From Enterobacter phage KKP_3711: DNA of 64,000 nt. The position numbers and the translations under genes were made by a program. This document shows, in pieces, positions 40,431-48,394 of this stretch (position 1 is the stretch's first letter; each line of letters opens with the position of its first letter). The stretch is taken from the sequence record PP579741.1. The stretch is one strand, 5' to 3'. The notes beneath the pieces were generated by a model. It saw nothing but the letters and a program-made list of their open reading frames with translations. It searched no databases and had not been told where the DNA came from.

Positions 40431-40459
40431 ATTATACCTAAAATTAATCTCATTGGCAA
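40431..40459 (-). promoter_or_regulatory. T5 early-type promoter on the - strand (TTGCCA-N17-TATAAT)
   Basis: -10 corresponds to plus 40431-40436 and -35 to plus 40454-40459. The transcribed-strand downstream sequence ATTTGTATCAGTTGAGGAG matches the downstream consensus of the other early promoters. Confidence 0.55.
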
Positions 40460-40489
40460 CTAAAATTTTAAAATGATGATCGGACAGCA

Positions 40490-40528
40490 TAAAAAGACCC
40501 TGTAAACCAATTTAGTCTACAGGGTCTA
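40490..40528 (-). terminator. rho-independent terminator on the - strand (10-bp stem)
   Basis: AGACCCTGTA-N13-TACAGGGTCT hairpin followed by TTTTTA on the - strand. It lies immediately upstream of promoter 40431-40459. Confidence 0.6.
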
Positions 40529-40534
40529 ACGGAT

Positions 40535-40741
40535 TTAAAAGGGTACTACCACTTTATCCAATGGATTGACATACAACCATTCAGCAGTGGTAGCGTAGAT
40601 AGTGTTAAAGTCACTGCCAAGGGCTTCTTTGTAACCTTTCAATCTGTATTGAAATCGATAACACCAAAAGCCTTCTTTATTCATGAATATATCCCACTCA
40701 CTTCTCATTACTGTACTTATCCATAAATTTGTCAAAAGCAA
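40535..40741 (-). CDS. hypothetical small protein, 68 aa
   Basis: ORF downstream of the Sir2-like gene. No motif. Confidence 0.35.
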   Translation of the reverse strand: MLLTNLWISTVMRSEWDIFMNKEGFWCYRFQYRLKGYKEALGSDFNTIYATTAEWLYVNPLDKVVVPF

Positions 40742-40857
40742 GCTGCCGGAGATGGGATTGTTCAGAATAAGAAATAATTAGACGAGTTTCTTCCATTGAA
40801 AGATTGAATCCATGTTCTAGTTTATTTTCTAATTCTCTAACTCTATATTCTAAAACC

Positions 40858-41670
40858 TCATTTATTGGCAATATATGGTCTCCCTTCTAAATGTGCTTCT
40901 ACTCGTTCAATAAACTCTGGATCGCTAAAAGCATCCACAGCACCCTTATACCAGTAAGGAATTCCTCGCTCCTCTAGCTGATACATATCACTACGAGTCA
41001 TACCAGCGTAATCTACTTCACTGGCTTTGGTACTATCATGATAGTTAACTACCATCAGTTTAGCACCTGTTCTGTTCAACACAGGGAACAGATCCCAATA
41101 GAAGTTAATTACTTGGTTAGACGCCCCAACGATAATAACCATGTCTTCACTAGTAATATCATCGAAAGTTTCGTACATATCTTTATACGCTGGAGCTGCT
41201 TCTCCAAAGAAGATAACGTTGGGTTTGCACCAGTCATAGTCATCTGGGTCAATCTCATTATAACCAACATCAATGACCTTTTTTTGTTGCGTAAATGCAT
41301 CTTGGACAACGATTTCTTTTAGATACCCATGGATGTGAAGCACTTTATCCCTTGGAATACCTGCACGCTCTAGCAAATCATCCACGTTAGTAGTAAGGTT
41401 AACTACTTTACCCAAAGGGTAGCGTTTATACCATTCTGCAATGCGTAGATGTGCTAGGTTAGGCTCTACAGAGGCAAGCTCCTGACGACGCTTGTTGTAG
41501 AACATATGGGTCTTATGGTAGAAATTGCCACGAAAGGCATGAATGTCACACACTTCTTCAATGTTATACTCATCCCACATAGCTTTACCAGTTGCAGTAT
41601 CCGTACGAAAAGCACGGATACCACTTTCTACACTAAGACCTGCCCCACTGATAAATAACACTCTACGCAT
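40858..41670 (-). CDS. Sir2-family (sirtuin-like) NAD-dependent protein, 270 aa, without the Zn ribbon
   Basis: GAGLSVESGIRAFR matches the sirtuin GAGIS.ESGIPDFR motif. Also present are P..AH..L, the TQNID-like TTNVDDLLERAG, HIHG, FFGE and a VGAS(T)..V C-terminal Rossmann motif. There is no CxxC...CxxC module. Confidence 0.65.
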   Translation of the reverse strand: MRRVLFISGAGLSVESGIRAFRTDTATGKAMWDEYNIEEVCDIHAFRGNFYHKTHMFYNKRRQELASVEPNLAHLRIAEWYKRYPLGKVVNLTTNVDDLLERAGIPRDKVLHIHGYLKEIVVQDAFTQQKKVIDVGYNEIDPDDYDWCKPNVIFFGEAAPAYKDMYETFDDITSEDMVIIVGASNQVINFYWDLFPVLNRTGAKLMVVNYHDSTKASEVDYAGMTRSDMYQLEERGIPYWYKGAVDAFSDPEFIERVEAHLEGRPYIANK

Positions 41671-41679
41671 ATCATTTCC

Positions 41680-41961
41680 TTAGTCTTTCAAATTAATTTG
41701 AATATTGTCCGTCTGTCCCATGCTAGCTTCTTCTTCATTAATTCGAATCTGAAGGAAGTCTACTAGCTGTTCTGCTGGAATTACCGGTACATAATTTTCA
41801 TCTTGTGCAGCATTTTCTCGCTGACCTTCTACAGCAGATTCTACCGCGCGCAGCAGAGATAGAAATGCATCACGACGACCTGTAATATACATGTTATTCA
41901 TAGCAGTTTTCAGTTCGTTTACAATTTCTGCTGGAGACTGATCAATATTAGTGTTTTCCAT
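41680..41961 (-). CDS. hypothetical protein, 93 aa
   Basis: ORF only. Confidence 0.4.
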   Translation of the reverse strand: MENTNIDQSPAEIVNELKTAMNNMYITGRRDAFLSLLRAVESAVEGQRENAAQDENYVPVIPAEQLVDFLQIRINEEEASMGQTDNIQINLKD

Positions 41962-42463
41962 CTTTAATCCTCTGTTTTAAAATTTCTACATCTTCATCGG
42001 TTAACCCGACTAATCCATTAATCATATGAGTATCAAATTCATACATATATGAACCTGCATCATCAATTACAATCCAGTCTTTTAAATCGAGAGTATTAAC
42101 TATTCGTAGAACTTCCCGACCTCTTCCTAAACCCCCACCTGTGTGTTTAGATACTAGGAGGGTTCGACTGGTAAGACCTAGAAAGTCAATCATACCTAAG
42201 TTTTCTAGGATATGCTTTTTAGTTTTAGGATCTCCCCAAAACCAACTTGATACCATCACTACTCTAGCGTCAATTTCATCTAAAAATTTCTGCAAACGTT
42301 TTAGTTTATATTTGCAGATAAAATCTCCACCTTTGAAAAATTTCAAGGAGGAAATATGTCCAATTCTCATTAAATCAAGGTCCGCGCGAGAATTTAAGAC
42401 ACCATCAATATCTAAAAAGACAACAGGTCTATTCATGTACTTTATCCACAAATTTAATTTCAC
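41948..42463 (-). CDS. HAD-superfamily phosphatase-like protein, 171 aa
   Basis: HAD motif I VVFLDIDGVLNS and a later VIDD acidic motif. This may be a deoxynucleotide phosphatase-type enzyme. Confidence 0.5.
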   Translation of the reverse strand: MKLNLWIKYMNRPVVFLDIDGVLNSRADLDLMRIGHISSLKFFKGGDFICKYKLKRLQKFLDEIDARVVMVSSWFWGDPKTKKHILENLGMIDFLGLTSRTLLVSKHTGGGLGRGREVLRIVNTLDLKDWIVIDDAGSYMYEFDTHMINGLVGLTDEDVEILKQRIKDGKH

Positions 42464-42680
42464 CTACTTCTACAGAACCAGACTTTTCTTTATACTTTAT
42501 AATTAAATCTTTATCGCCAAAACCATGATATCTAATACCAAAAAATTTAAACTTTTTGTTTTCATAGTCAGCAAATTCTACTGTTCTCTTAGAGAAGCCA
42601 CCTAATTTATCCAGTGCTAACTTTTCTTTACTAGGACTACCTAAGTGAGAATACTCAGGTTTTGGGAGTAAATCAGACAT
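42429..42680 (-). CDS. hypothetical protein, 83 aa
   Basis: ORF only. It is not NrdG-like because it has no CxxxCxxC motif. Confidence 0.4.
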   Translation of the reverse strand: MSDLLPKPEYSHLGSPSKEKLALDKLGGFSKRTVEFADYENKKFKFFGIRYHGFGDKDLIIKYKEKSGSVEVGEIKFVDKVHE

Positions 42681-42733
42681 ATAGTTTCCTTATCAATTTA
42701 TGTAATTATTATATCTAAATTTTACCTGTTTAG

Positions 42734-42773
42734 CAAATAAAATAAAACCCAGACTCGTTTCCAAGCCTGGGTT
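42734..42773 (-). terminator. rho-independent terminator on the - strand after nrdD
   Basis: AACCCAG-N14-CTGGGTT hairpin followed by TTATTTTATTT on the - strand. Confidence 0.55.
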
Positions 42774-42777
42774 AATA

Positions 42778-44610
42778 TCAAGATACTTTTAAATTCATGT
42801 GTTTTATACGACCCATAACCTCAGCTTGCTTACCTGGGTTAAATGGGCGACTGCCAGGAGATCCTAAATATCCACAAACACGTTTAGTAACTTCAATATT
42901 TGTGCTACCGCATCCAGGACAAATAAACCCTTGATCTGAACTTACACTATCTCCCATAAAACCACAATCCTGACAAGTATCAATAGGAATATTCACACCA
43001 ATATAATGAGAGTGATTCAATCCATAATCAATAACCCACTCTAAGGCTGGTAAGTGCTTTTTCATTTGTGGAAGTTCTACAAAAGAAATATTACCACCGT
43101 TAGCAATACTAGTAAAGTTAGACTCATAATCGTATTTAACATTAGGAGCAACCTTTTCTCTAACATCTAAGTGATGGCTGTTAGTTAAATAGCCTTTATC
43201 TGTGAGCCAGTCATACTCTGGATATTGTTCCGCAATCAAATTATTAAAACGATTACATAGTGATTCACTAGGAGTAGCATAAAGACTGAATCCAAGTTCA
43301 GTTTCTTTGGCTTTCTCGTCACAAAATGTTTTCATATAATTTAAAACTTGCTTGGTAAATTCAATGTGATCTACCTGTTTAGCACCTTCTCCGTAAAGTG
43401 CTTGACACATTTCATAAACACCAATATATCCTATAGATACAGAGGCTCTACCTTTAAATGAATCCCAAACTAAATCATTAGGATTTAATCGCAGACCAAA
43501 TCCACCATGCATATACAAAATAGGGGCCTGCTTGGCTCGTACTCCTTTAAGTCTACTAAATGCCCAATCATGAGCTTTATATGCTAACTCCAAATATTCA
43601 TCTAATACACCAAAGAAGCTAGTTTCTCGCTCTTTACTTTCTATAGCTACCATAGGAAGATTTATAGATACAACTCCCAGGTTATTACGTCCAGCAGTTT
43701 CACCTGTCGGAATTGCACTTAAGAAGGAGCGACATCCCATAGGGAATTTAAAATCTCCTGTAACTGCACATACCCGCTCGTAACTCACATAATCTGGATA
43801 CATTCTTTCTGCTGTGCAGCGCAGGGCTAGTTTTTTAATGTCATAGTTTGGATCCCCTTCTTTTTTATTAAGCCCTTCTTTAACTGCAAAGATAAGCTTA
43901 GGGAATACAGCTGTGTGTCCTGAAGCACCCAGACCTTTCATACGAACTTCTAGAATTGATTTTTGAACCATCCTAGCTTCCCAGGATTCTCCCAAACCAA
44001 ATCCAAAAGTAACGAAAGGTTGCTGACCGTTAGAATTAAACAAAGTATTAACTTCATACTCTAATCCCTGCATAGCACTAGCTACTTCTTTTTCTGTCAT
44101 TTCAGTAGCATATACAGCAGCCTTCTTATCATTTTTGAGCCAACGAAGTCCTGTTGCGAGGTGTTTATCATATGATTTACGTACATACGGGGCTAATACT
44201 TCGTCGATACGATCAATAGAAGTACCACCATATTGGCAGCTAGACACCTGGGCAATAATCTGAGCTGTGATAGCTGTTGCTGTAGAGATAGATTTAGGAG
44301 TTTCAATTTCTGCACCACCTACTTTTAGGCCTTTCTCTAGCATATTAGCTAAATCTACTAAGCAGCAATTAGTATAGCCTTGAGCACGGTAATCCATATC
44401 ATGAATATGAATTTTACCCTTATTATGTGCGATTAATAGTCCTGCGGGAATTTCTTGGCTAACAATATATTTGCTAACTTCTCCAGCAATCATATCACGT
44501 TGGGTAGGAAATTGTTCGGATGCTTTATTTGCATTATTAAATAGGAGATCTTCATCAGCTTCCTGCTCTAGAATCCCATATACGTTATTAATTAGTTCTT
44601 GTTCGTTCAT
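42778..44610 (-). CDS. nrdD: anaerobic ribonucleoside-triphosphate reductase, 610 aa
   Basis: C-terminal glycyl-radical motif RVCGYLGS and a Cys cluster CPGCGS. The overall NrdD architecture is present. Confidence 0.9.
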   Translation of the reverse strand: MNEQELINNVYGILEQEADEDLLFNNANKASEQFPTQRDMIAGEVSKYIVSQEIPAGLLIAHNKGKIHIHDMDYRAQGYTNCCLVDLANMLEKGLKVGGAEIETPKSISTATAITAQIIAQVSSCQYGGTSIDRIDEVLAPYVRKSYDKHLATGLRWLKNDKKAAVYATEMTEKEVASAMQGLEYEVNTLFNSNGQQPFVTFGFGLGESWEARMVQKSILEVRMKGLGASGHTAVFPKLIFAVKEGLNKKEGDPNYDIKKLALRCTAERMYPDYVSYERVCAVTGDFKFPMGCRSFLSAIPTGETAGRNNLGVVSINLPMVAIESKERETSFFGVLDEYLELAYKAHDWAFSRLKGVRAKQAPILYMHGGFGLRLNPNDLVWDSFKGRASVSIGYIGVYEMCQALYGEGAKQVDHIEFTKQVLNYMKTFCDEKAKETELGFSLYATPSESLCNRFNNLIAEQYPEYDWLTDKGYLTNSHHLDVREKVAPNVKYDYESNFTSIANGGNISFVELPQMKKHLPALEWVIDYGLNHSHYIGVNIPIDTCQDCGFMGDSVSSDQGFICPGCGSTNIEVTKRVCGYLGSPGSRPFNPGKQAEVMGRIKHMNLKVS

Positions 44611-44638
44611 TTATTCCTCCTTCAAGTTGAATACAGAT

Positions 44639-44667
44639 ATTATACTCCAATTCTGCGTGGTGGTCAA
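44639..44667 (-). promoter_or_regulatory. sigma70 consensus promoter on the - strand for nrdD (TTGACC-N17-TATAAT)
   Basis: -10 corresponds to plus 44639-44644 and -35 to plus 44662-44667. A GAAGGAGG SD precedes the nrdD ATG. Confidence 0.55.
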
Positions 44668-44813
44668 TAAGAATTTTTAATAATTCAAGGCTGTTACATT
44701 TTATTAACAAAATTTTATTTGCCAACTACGAGAAATTATGTTATTCGCGTACGCCTCCGCGCGTTATAATAAAGGAAAGAAATGATCTTTCGATGGGTTC
44801 TAGAAAATTGTGG

Positions 44814-44842
44814 TTGCAAAACGCACAAAAACTTGGTAATAT
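44814..44842 (+). promoter_or_regulatory. sigma70-like promoter for phoH (TTGCAA-N17-TAATAT), divergent from the nrdD promoter
   Basis: -35 at 44814-44819 and -10 at 44837-44842. Confidence 0.45.
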
Positions 44843-44884
44843 ATAAGTGTAGTCTGAAATATATGTTCCATTTTCGGAACCTCT

Positions 44885-45667
44885 ATGAGAACTTTAAGGA
44901 AAATACCTATGGTACAAAAAGCTGTTCGTCGTAAACGTAATGGGTCACGCAATCGTAATCACGTAGCCGAGGTTTACAATATCGAAAATGGTAAACCAAT
45001 GGATATTTCTGGTTATGCTAAACCAGAACAAAAGAAACTCATTGCCAAAAACCAAGAACAATCAACGTATATTAACTCTCTTAAAAACCATACTGTGACA
45101 GTATGTTTGGGTTCAATCGGTTCTGGTAAGACCTTTATTCCTTCTGTACTAGCAGGTAATGCTCTTACTGATAAAAGTTCCGGTATTAAAAAAGTTATCT
45201 TAATACGTCCTAATGAACCTTTAGGTAAATCCTTAGGTATGTTACCGGGTGATTTAAAAGAAAAACTAAAACCTTGGCTGGCACCTATCGCTGATGGTGT
45301 GCAATACGCTGTAGGTAAAGGTTTTTACGAATACGCAGTTGAATCAGAGAAAGTTGAGTATCTTGCTGTAGAACACGTTCGTGGTCGTACATTTAATGAT
45401 GCTTATGTAATTGTAGATGAAGCTCAAAACTTGAGTGTAGAAGCTATGGTTGCAATTCTTACTCGTATTGGTGAAAACTGCAAGATGGCAATCTGTGGTG
45501 ATATAGCTCAGAAAGATATTAAGGGTGCATCAGGCTTAGGTATGCTTAAAAAGCTTTCCGAAGATTACGATTACCTTCCATACAATATTGTAGAGCTTAC
45601 TGAGTGTGTGCGTTCTAAAGAAGCCGCAGCGTTCCTGTCCGTATTCCAACAAGAAGGATTGCTTTAA
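44885..45667 (+). CDS. phoH: PhoH-like ATPase, 260 aa (an alternative start is ATG 44909)
   Basis: Walker A GSIGSGKTF and Walker B VIVDEAQN. The second ATG at 44909 has the better SD (AAGGA). Confidence 0.85.
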   Translation: MRTLRKIPMVQKAVRRKRNGSRNRNHVAEVYNIENGKPMDISGYAKPEQKKLIAKNQEQSTYINSLKNHTVTVCLGSIGSGKTFIPSVLAGNALTDKSSGIKKVILIRPNEPLGKSLGMLPGDLKEKLKPWLAPIADGVQYAVGKGFYEYAVESEKVEYLAVEHVRGRTFNDAYVIVDEAQNLSVEAMVAILTRIGENCKMAICGDIAQKDIKGASGLGMLKKLSEDYDYLPYNIVELTECVRSKEAAAFLSVFQQEGLL

Positions 45668-45867
45668 TGGCAGTAGTGCACCTTGCAAGACCTACCAAGT
45701 TTTCCCGAAAAAATATGTCAGCCGCCAATATTGTTTGTGCAAGTTATCCAGGTGATGAAGATGCACACAAGATCATTTGGGGTTTAGTATCTCGCTCTAG
45801 CAATGATATTAATCTTGAAGCCCTCAAACAAGCCGTTGAGCATATTATTTTTAAGTCTAGACTATAA
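45667..45867 (+). CDS. hypothetical protein, 66 aa
   Basis: ORF coupled to the phoH stop (TAATG). Confidence 0.4.
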   Translation: MAVVHLARPTKFSRKNMSAANIVCASYPGDEDAHKIIWGLVSRSSNDINLEALKQAVEHIIFKSRL

Positions 45868-45874
45868 CCTAGGA

Positions 45875-45908
45875 GACCCGAGTACTACTGTACTTCGGGT
45901 CTTTTTTA
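45875..45908 (+). terminator. rho-independent terminator upstream of nrdA
   Basis: GAGACCCGAGTAC-tact-GTACTTCGGGTC hairpin with one bulge, followed by TTTTTT. Confidence 0.6.
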
Positions 45909-45928
45909 TCTAAAATTTTAATTGCCTT

Positions 45929-48304
45929 ATGACCGAATCTAAAGTAAACTATTTCCTAAATCCTGCAAACCAAGGAAATTCAATGCAAACTAAACTAAAA
46001 GAAGTAATTAAACGTGATGGTAGCATCGAACCATTTATGCCAGAAAAACTAAATAACTGGGCAAAATGGTCTTGTAAAGGATCTACCGCTAGCTGGTCAA
46101 GTCTTGTACTTACAGCTGTAAAACAAATTTCTGACAGTCGTGTAACGACTGATTTTCTGCAAGAACTTCTAATTACTACGGCAATGAACTTGTTAGATGA
46201 AGATCCTGCATATGATAAAGTTGCAGTAGAGTTGATGATCGCACAACTTCGTAAGCAACTGTTCGATTCTTATTACCCACCACACCTTAAATCTTTCCAT
46301 GATCACATGGTTGAGATTGGACAGTGGTCTAACAAAGCTGAATGGCTGAGCGCAGAAGATTTCGAATATCTTAACAGCATTATCGATCATGAACGAGATC
46401 ATTTGTTTACTTCTGCTGGATTTAAACAGTTTAAGGATAAGTACTCTCGTCGTTCTACTATTACCAATGAGATCTTTGAGACTCCACAGTTCGCCTACAT
46501 GGGTATGGTAATGGAAATGTTAGCTTTACCTCACTGGGATCTTGATGATGCAGAAGAACTTTACAATGCACTTTCTCTCCAGAAAGTTAACGTTCCAACA
46601 CCTCCACTGGTTGGACTTCGCTCGGGCGATCGTGGTTTTGCTAGTTGCTGTCTGGTTGATGCAACTGATACCCTACAAAGTATTGATGCAGCTGAACATG
46701 TTGTATTTAACATGGTGGCAGCTCGTGCAGGTATCGGTTATCATCTGGAAAGCCGTTCATTAGCAGATCCAGTTCGTAATGGTACTTTCCCACACTCTGG
46801 TAAGTTACCATACTATCGTCATATTGATCGTTCAGTAAAATCCAATACTCAGCAGTCTCGTGGTGGTTCTGCAACAGTATACTACGCGTTCTTCGATCCA
46901 GAAATTATCAAGATGATTCAAGTTAAGAGCCAGCGTTCTGCTCAAGAAGATCAAATTGATAAAATGGATTACAACCTAAAATATAACCAGCTGTTATTCA
47001 AGCGTTATGTTAAGAAGCAAGATATTACTCTTATGAGTTTCTTCTATGCTCCAGAAGTATGGGAAGCATTCCATAGTGGGTCTTATGAAGAGTTTGAGCG
47101 CTTGTATATTGCAGCTGAAAAACGCCTGGAAAACGAAACTAAAGTAGGTTTCAAAGGTGAACGTCTGCCAGTAGCTCCAAAGATTCCAGCAGCTGATATT
47201 CTGGAAGAATGGGTAACTGTTCGTATGGAAACTGGTCGTGCCTATGCAATGGATATTGCGGAAACTAACCGAAACTCTCGTTTTAGTGACCCTATTCGAA
47301 TGTCTAACCTTTGCGTGGAAATTGTTCAGCCTACATATCCTATTCGACATGTAGTAGATATGTATCGTAAACCAGAAGAGTTAGATCTGATGGATCCTTC
47401 AGAATATGGAGAAGTCTCTCTGTGTAACCTGGGGGGTATTGCTCTTGGTCGAATCCATTCTTTGGAAGAATGGGAATCTATTAGCTACATTCTCTTGAAG
47501 TTTGTTGATTCAATCATTGACATTCAGGATTATCCATTCCCTACTCTAGCATATACAGCTAAAAAGCGTCGTAATGTGGGTATTGGTCTTATGAATGCTG
47601 CTGGAGCAATGGCAGAAGTAGGTTTAGCTTATGAAGGTGTAGAAGCCCGTAACTGGATTCACCGCGAAGCTGAAAAAGCATCCTATTTCCTACATAAAGC
47701 TTCTGTTCGTCTTGCTCAAGAGGTTGGTGCAGCTGAATGGTTCCATCGTACTCGCACCTCAAAAGGTGAATTGCTTGTAGATACGTACAAGAAAACTGTA
47801 GATGATCTGGTAACTGTAGGATTAGAAATGGATTGGGAGAGTCTGCGCAGCGATATTCTGAAATATGGTATGCGTAACTCTGTACTTATGGCTAACATGC
47901 CTGGTGAATCCAGTTCTGTACTGCTGGGGGTTACTAACTCTGTAGAACCTCCTCGTGGTCCTCTAACTGTTAAGACTTCTGGTGTTAACAAGGTAGTTTC
48001 TCTGGTTCCTAATATTAACGATTGGGATATCTTTGTAAACTATAAATATGCTTTTGAGTTAGATCGTACAGAGCATATTAAGTGGATTGCAGTTCTTCAG
48101 AAATTTACATGTCAGAGTTCTAGTGCTCAGCTATACTATGACTATAATAAATACCCTAAAGGTATTATTCCTCAGGCAGAAGTTATCAAAGACCTGATGA
48201 ACCAAACCAAGTATGGTATTAAAACTATCTATTACGCAAACTTTGATGTTGATAATGGTGGTGCAGCAAACTCTGGCTGCGAAAGCGGAGCTTGCCAAAT
48301 CTAA
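45929..48304 (+). CDS. nrdA: ribonucleotide reductase large subunit with N-terminal ATP cone (the probable true start is ATG 45983)
   Basis: ATP-cone signature VIKRDGSIEPF, active-site PTPPL...SCCL, and a C-terminal GCESGACQI identical in pattern to E. coli NrdA. ATG 45983 has an AAGGAA SD. Confidence 0.9.
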   Translation: MTESKVNYFLNPANQGNSMQTKLKEVIKRDGSIEPFMPEKLNNWAKWSCKGSTASWSSLVLTAVKQISDSRVTTDFLQELLITTAMNLLDEDPAYDKVAVELMIAQLRKQLFDSYYPPHLKSFHDHMVEIGQWSNKAEWLSAEDFEYLNSIIDHERDHLFTSAGFKQFKDKYSRRSTITNEIFETPQFAYMGMVMEMLALPHWDLDDAEELYNALSLQKVNVPTPPLVGLRSGDRGFASCCLVDATDTLQSIDAAEHVVFNMVAARAGIGYHLESRSLADPVRNGTFPHSGKLPYYRHIDRSVKSNTQQSRGGSATVYYAFFDPEIIKMIQVKSQRSAQEDQIDKMDYNLKYNQLLFKRYVKKQDITLMSFFYAPEVWEAFHSGSYEEFERLYIAAEKRLENETKVGFKGERLPVAPKIPAADILEEWVTVRMETGRAYAMDIAETNRNSRFSDPIRMSNLCVEIVQPTYPIRHVVDMYRKPEELDLMDPSEYGEVSLCNLGGIALGRIHSLEEWESISYILLKFVDSIIDIQDYPFPTLAYTAKKRRNVGIGLMNAAGAMAEVGLAYEGVEARNWIHREAEKASYFLHKASVRLAQEVGAAEWFHRTRTSKGELLVDTYKKTVDDLVTVGLEMDWESLRSDILKYGMRNSVLMANMPGESSSVLLGVTNSVEPPRGPLTVKTSGVNKVVSLVPNINDWDIFVNYKYAFELDRTEHIKWIAVLQKFTCQSSSAQLYYDYNKYPKGIIPQAEVIKDLMNQTKYGIKTIYYANFDVDNGGAANSGCESGACQI

Positions 48305-48310
48305 TTAACA

Positions 48311-48364
48311 GTCCAGCCGAAAGCAAAATTTCATTTGCCAGTAGGCTGGATTTTTTGTTATAAT
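48311..48364 (+). promoter_or_regulatory. terminator-like hairpin and promoter (TTGCCA-N18-TATAAT) between nrdA and nrdB
   Basis: TCCAGCC...GGCTGGA stem followed by TTTTTTG. -35 at 48335-48340 and -10 at 48359-48364. Confidence 0.35.
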
Positions 48365-48394
48365 ATTATCGAAATCTGAAAAATGAGGTAAATA

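Noticed and set aside
42429-42463. Possibility that the ORFs downstream of nrdD encode the NrdG activase
   Set aside because: Neither 42429..42680 nor 41948..42463 has the CxxxCxxC radical-SAM motif. The latter is HAD-like (DIDGVL). nrdG is presumably elsewhere or absent.
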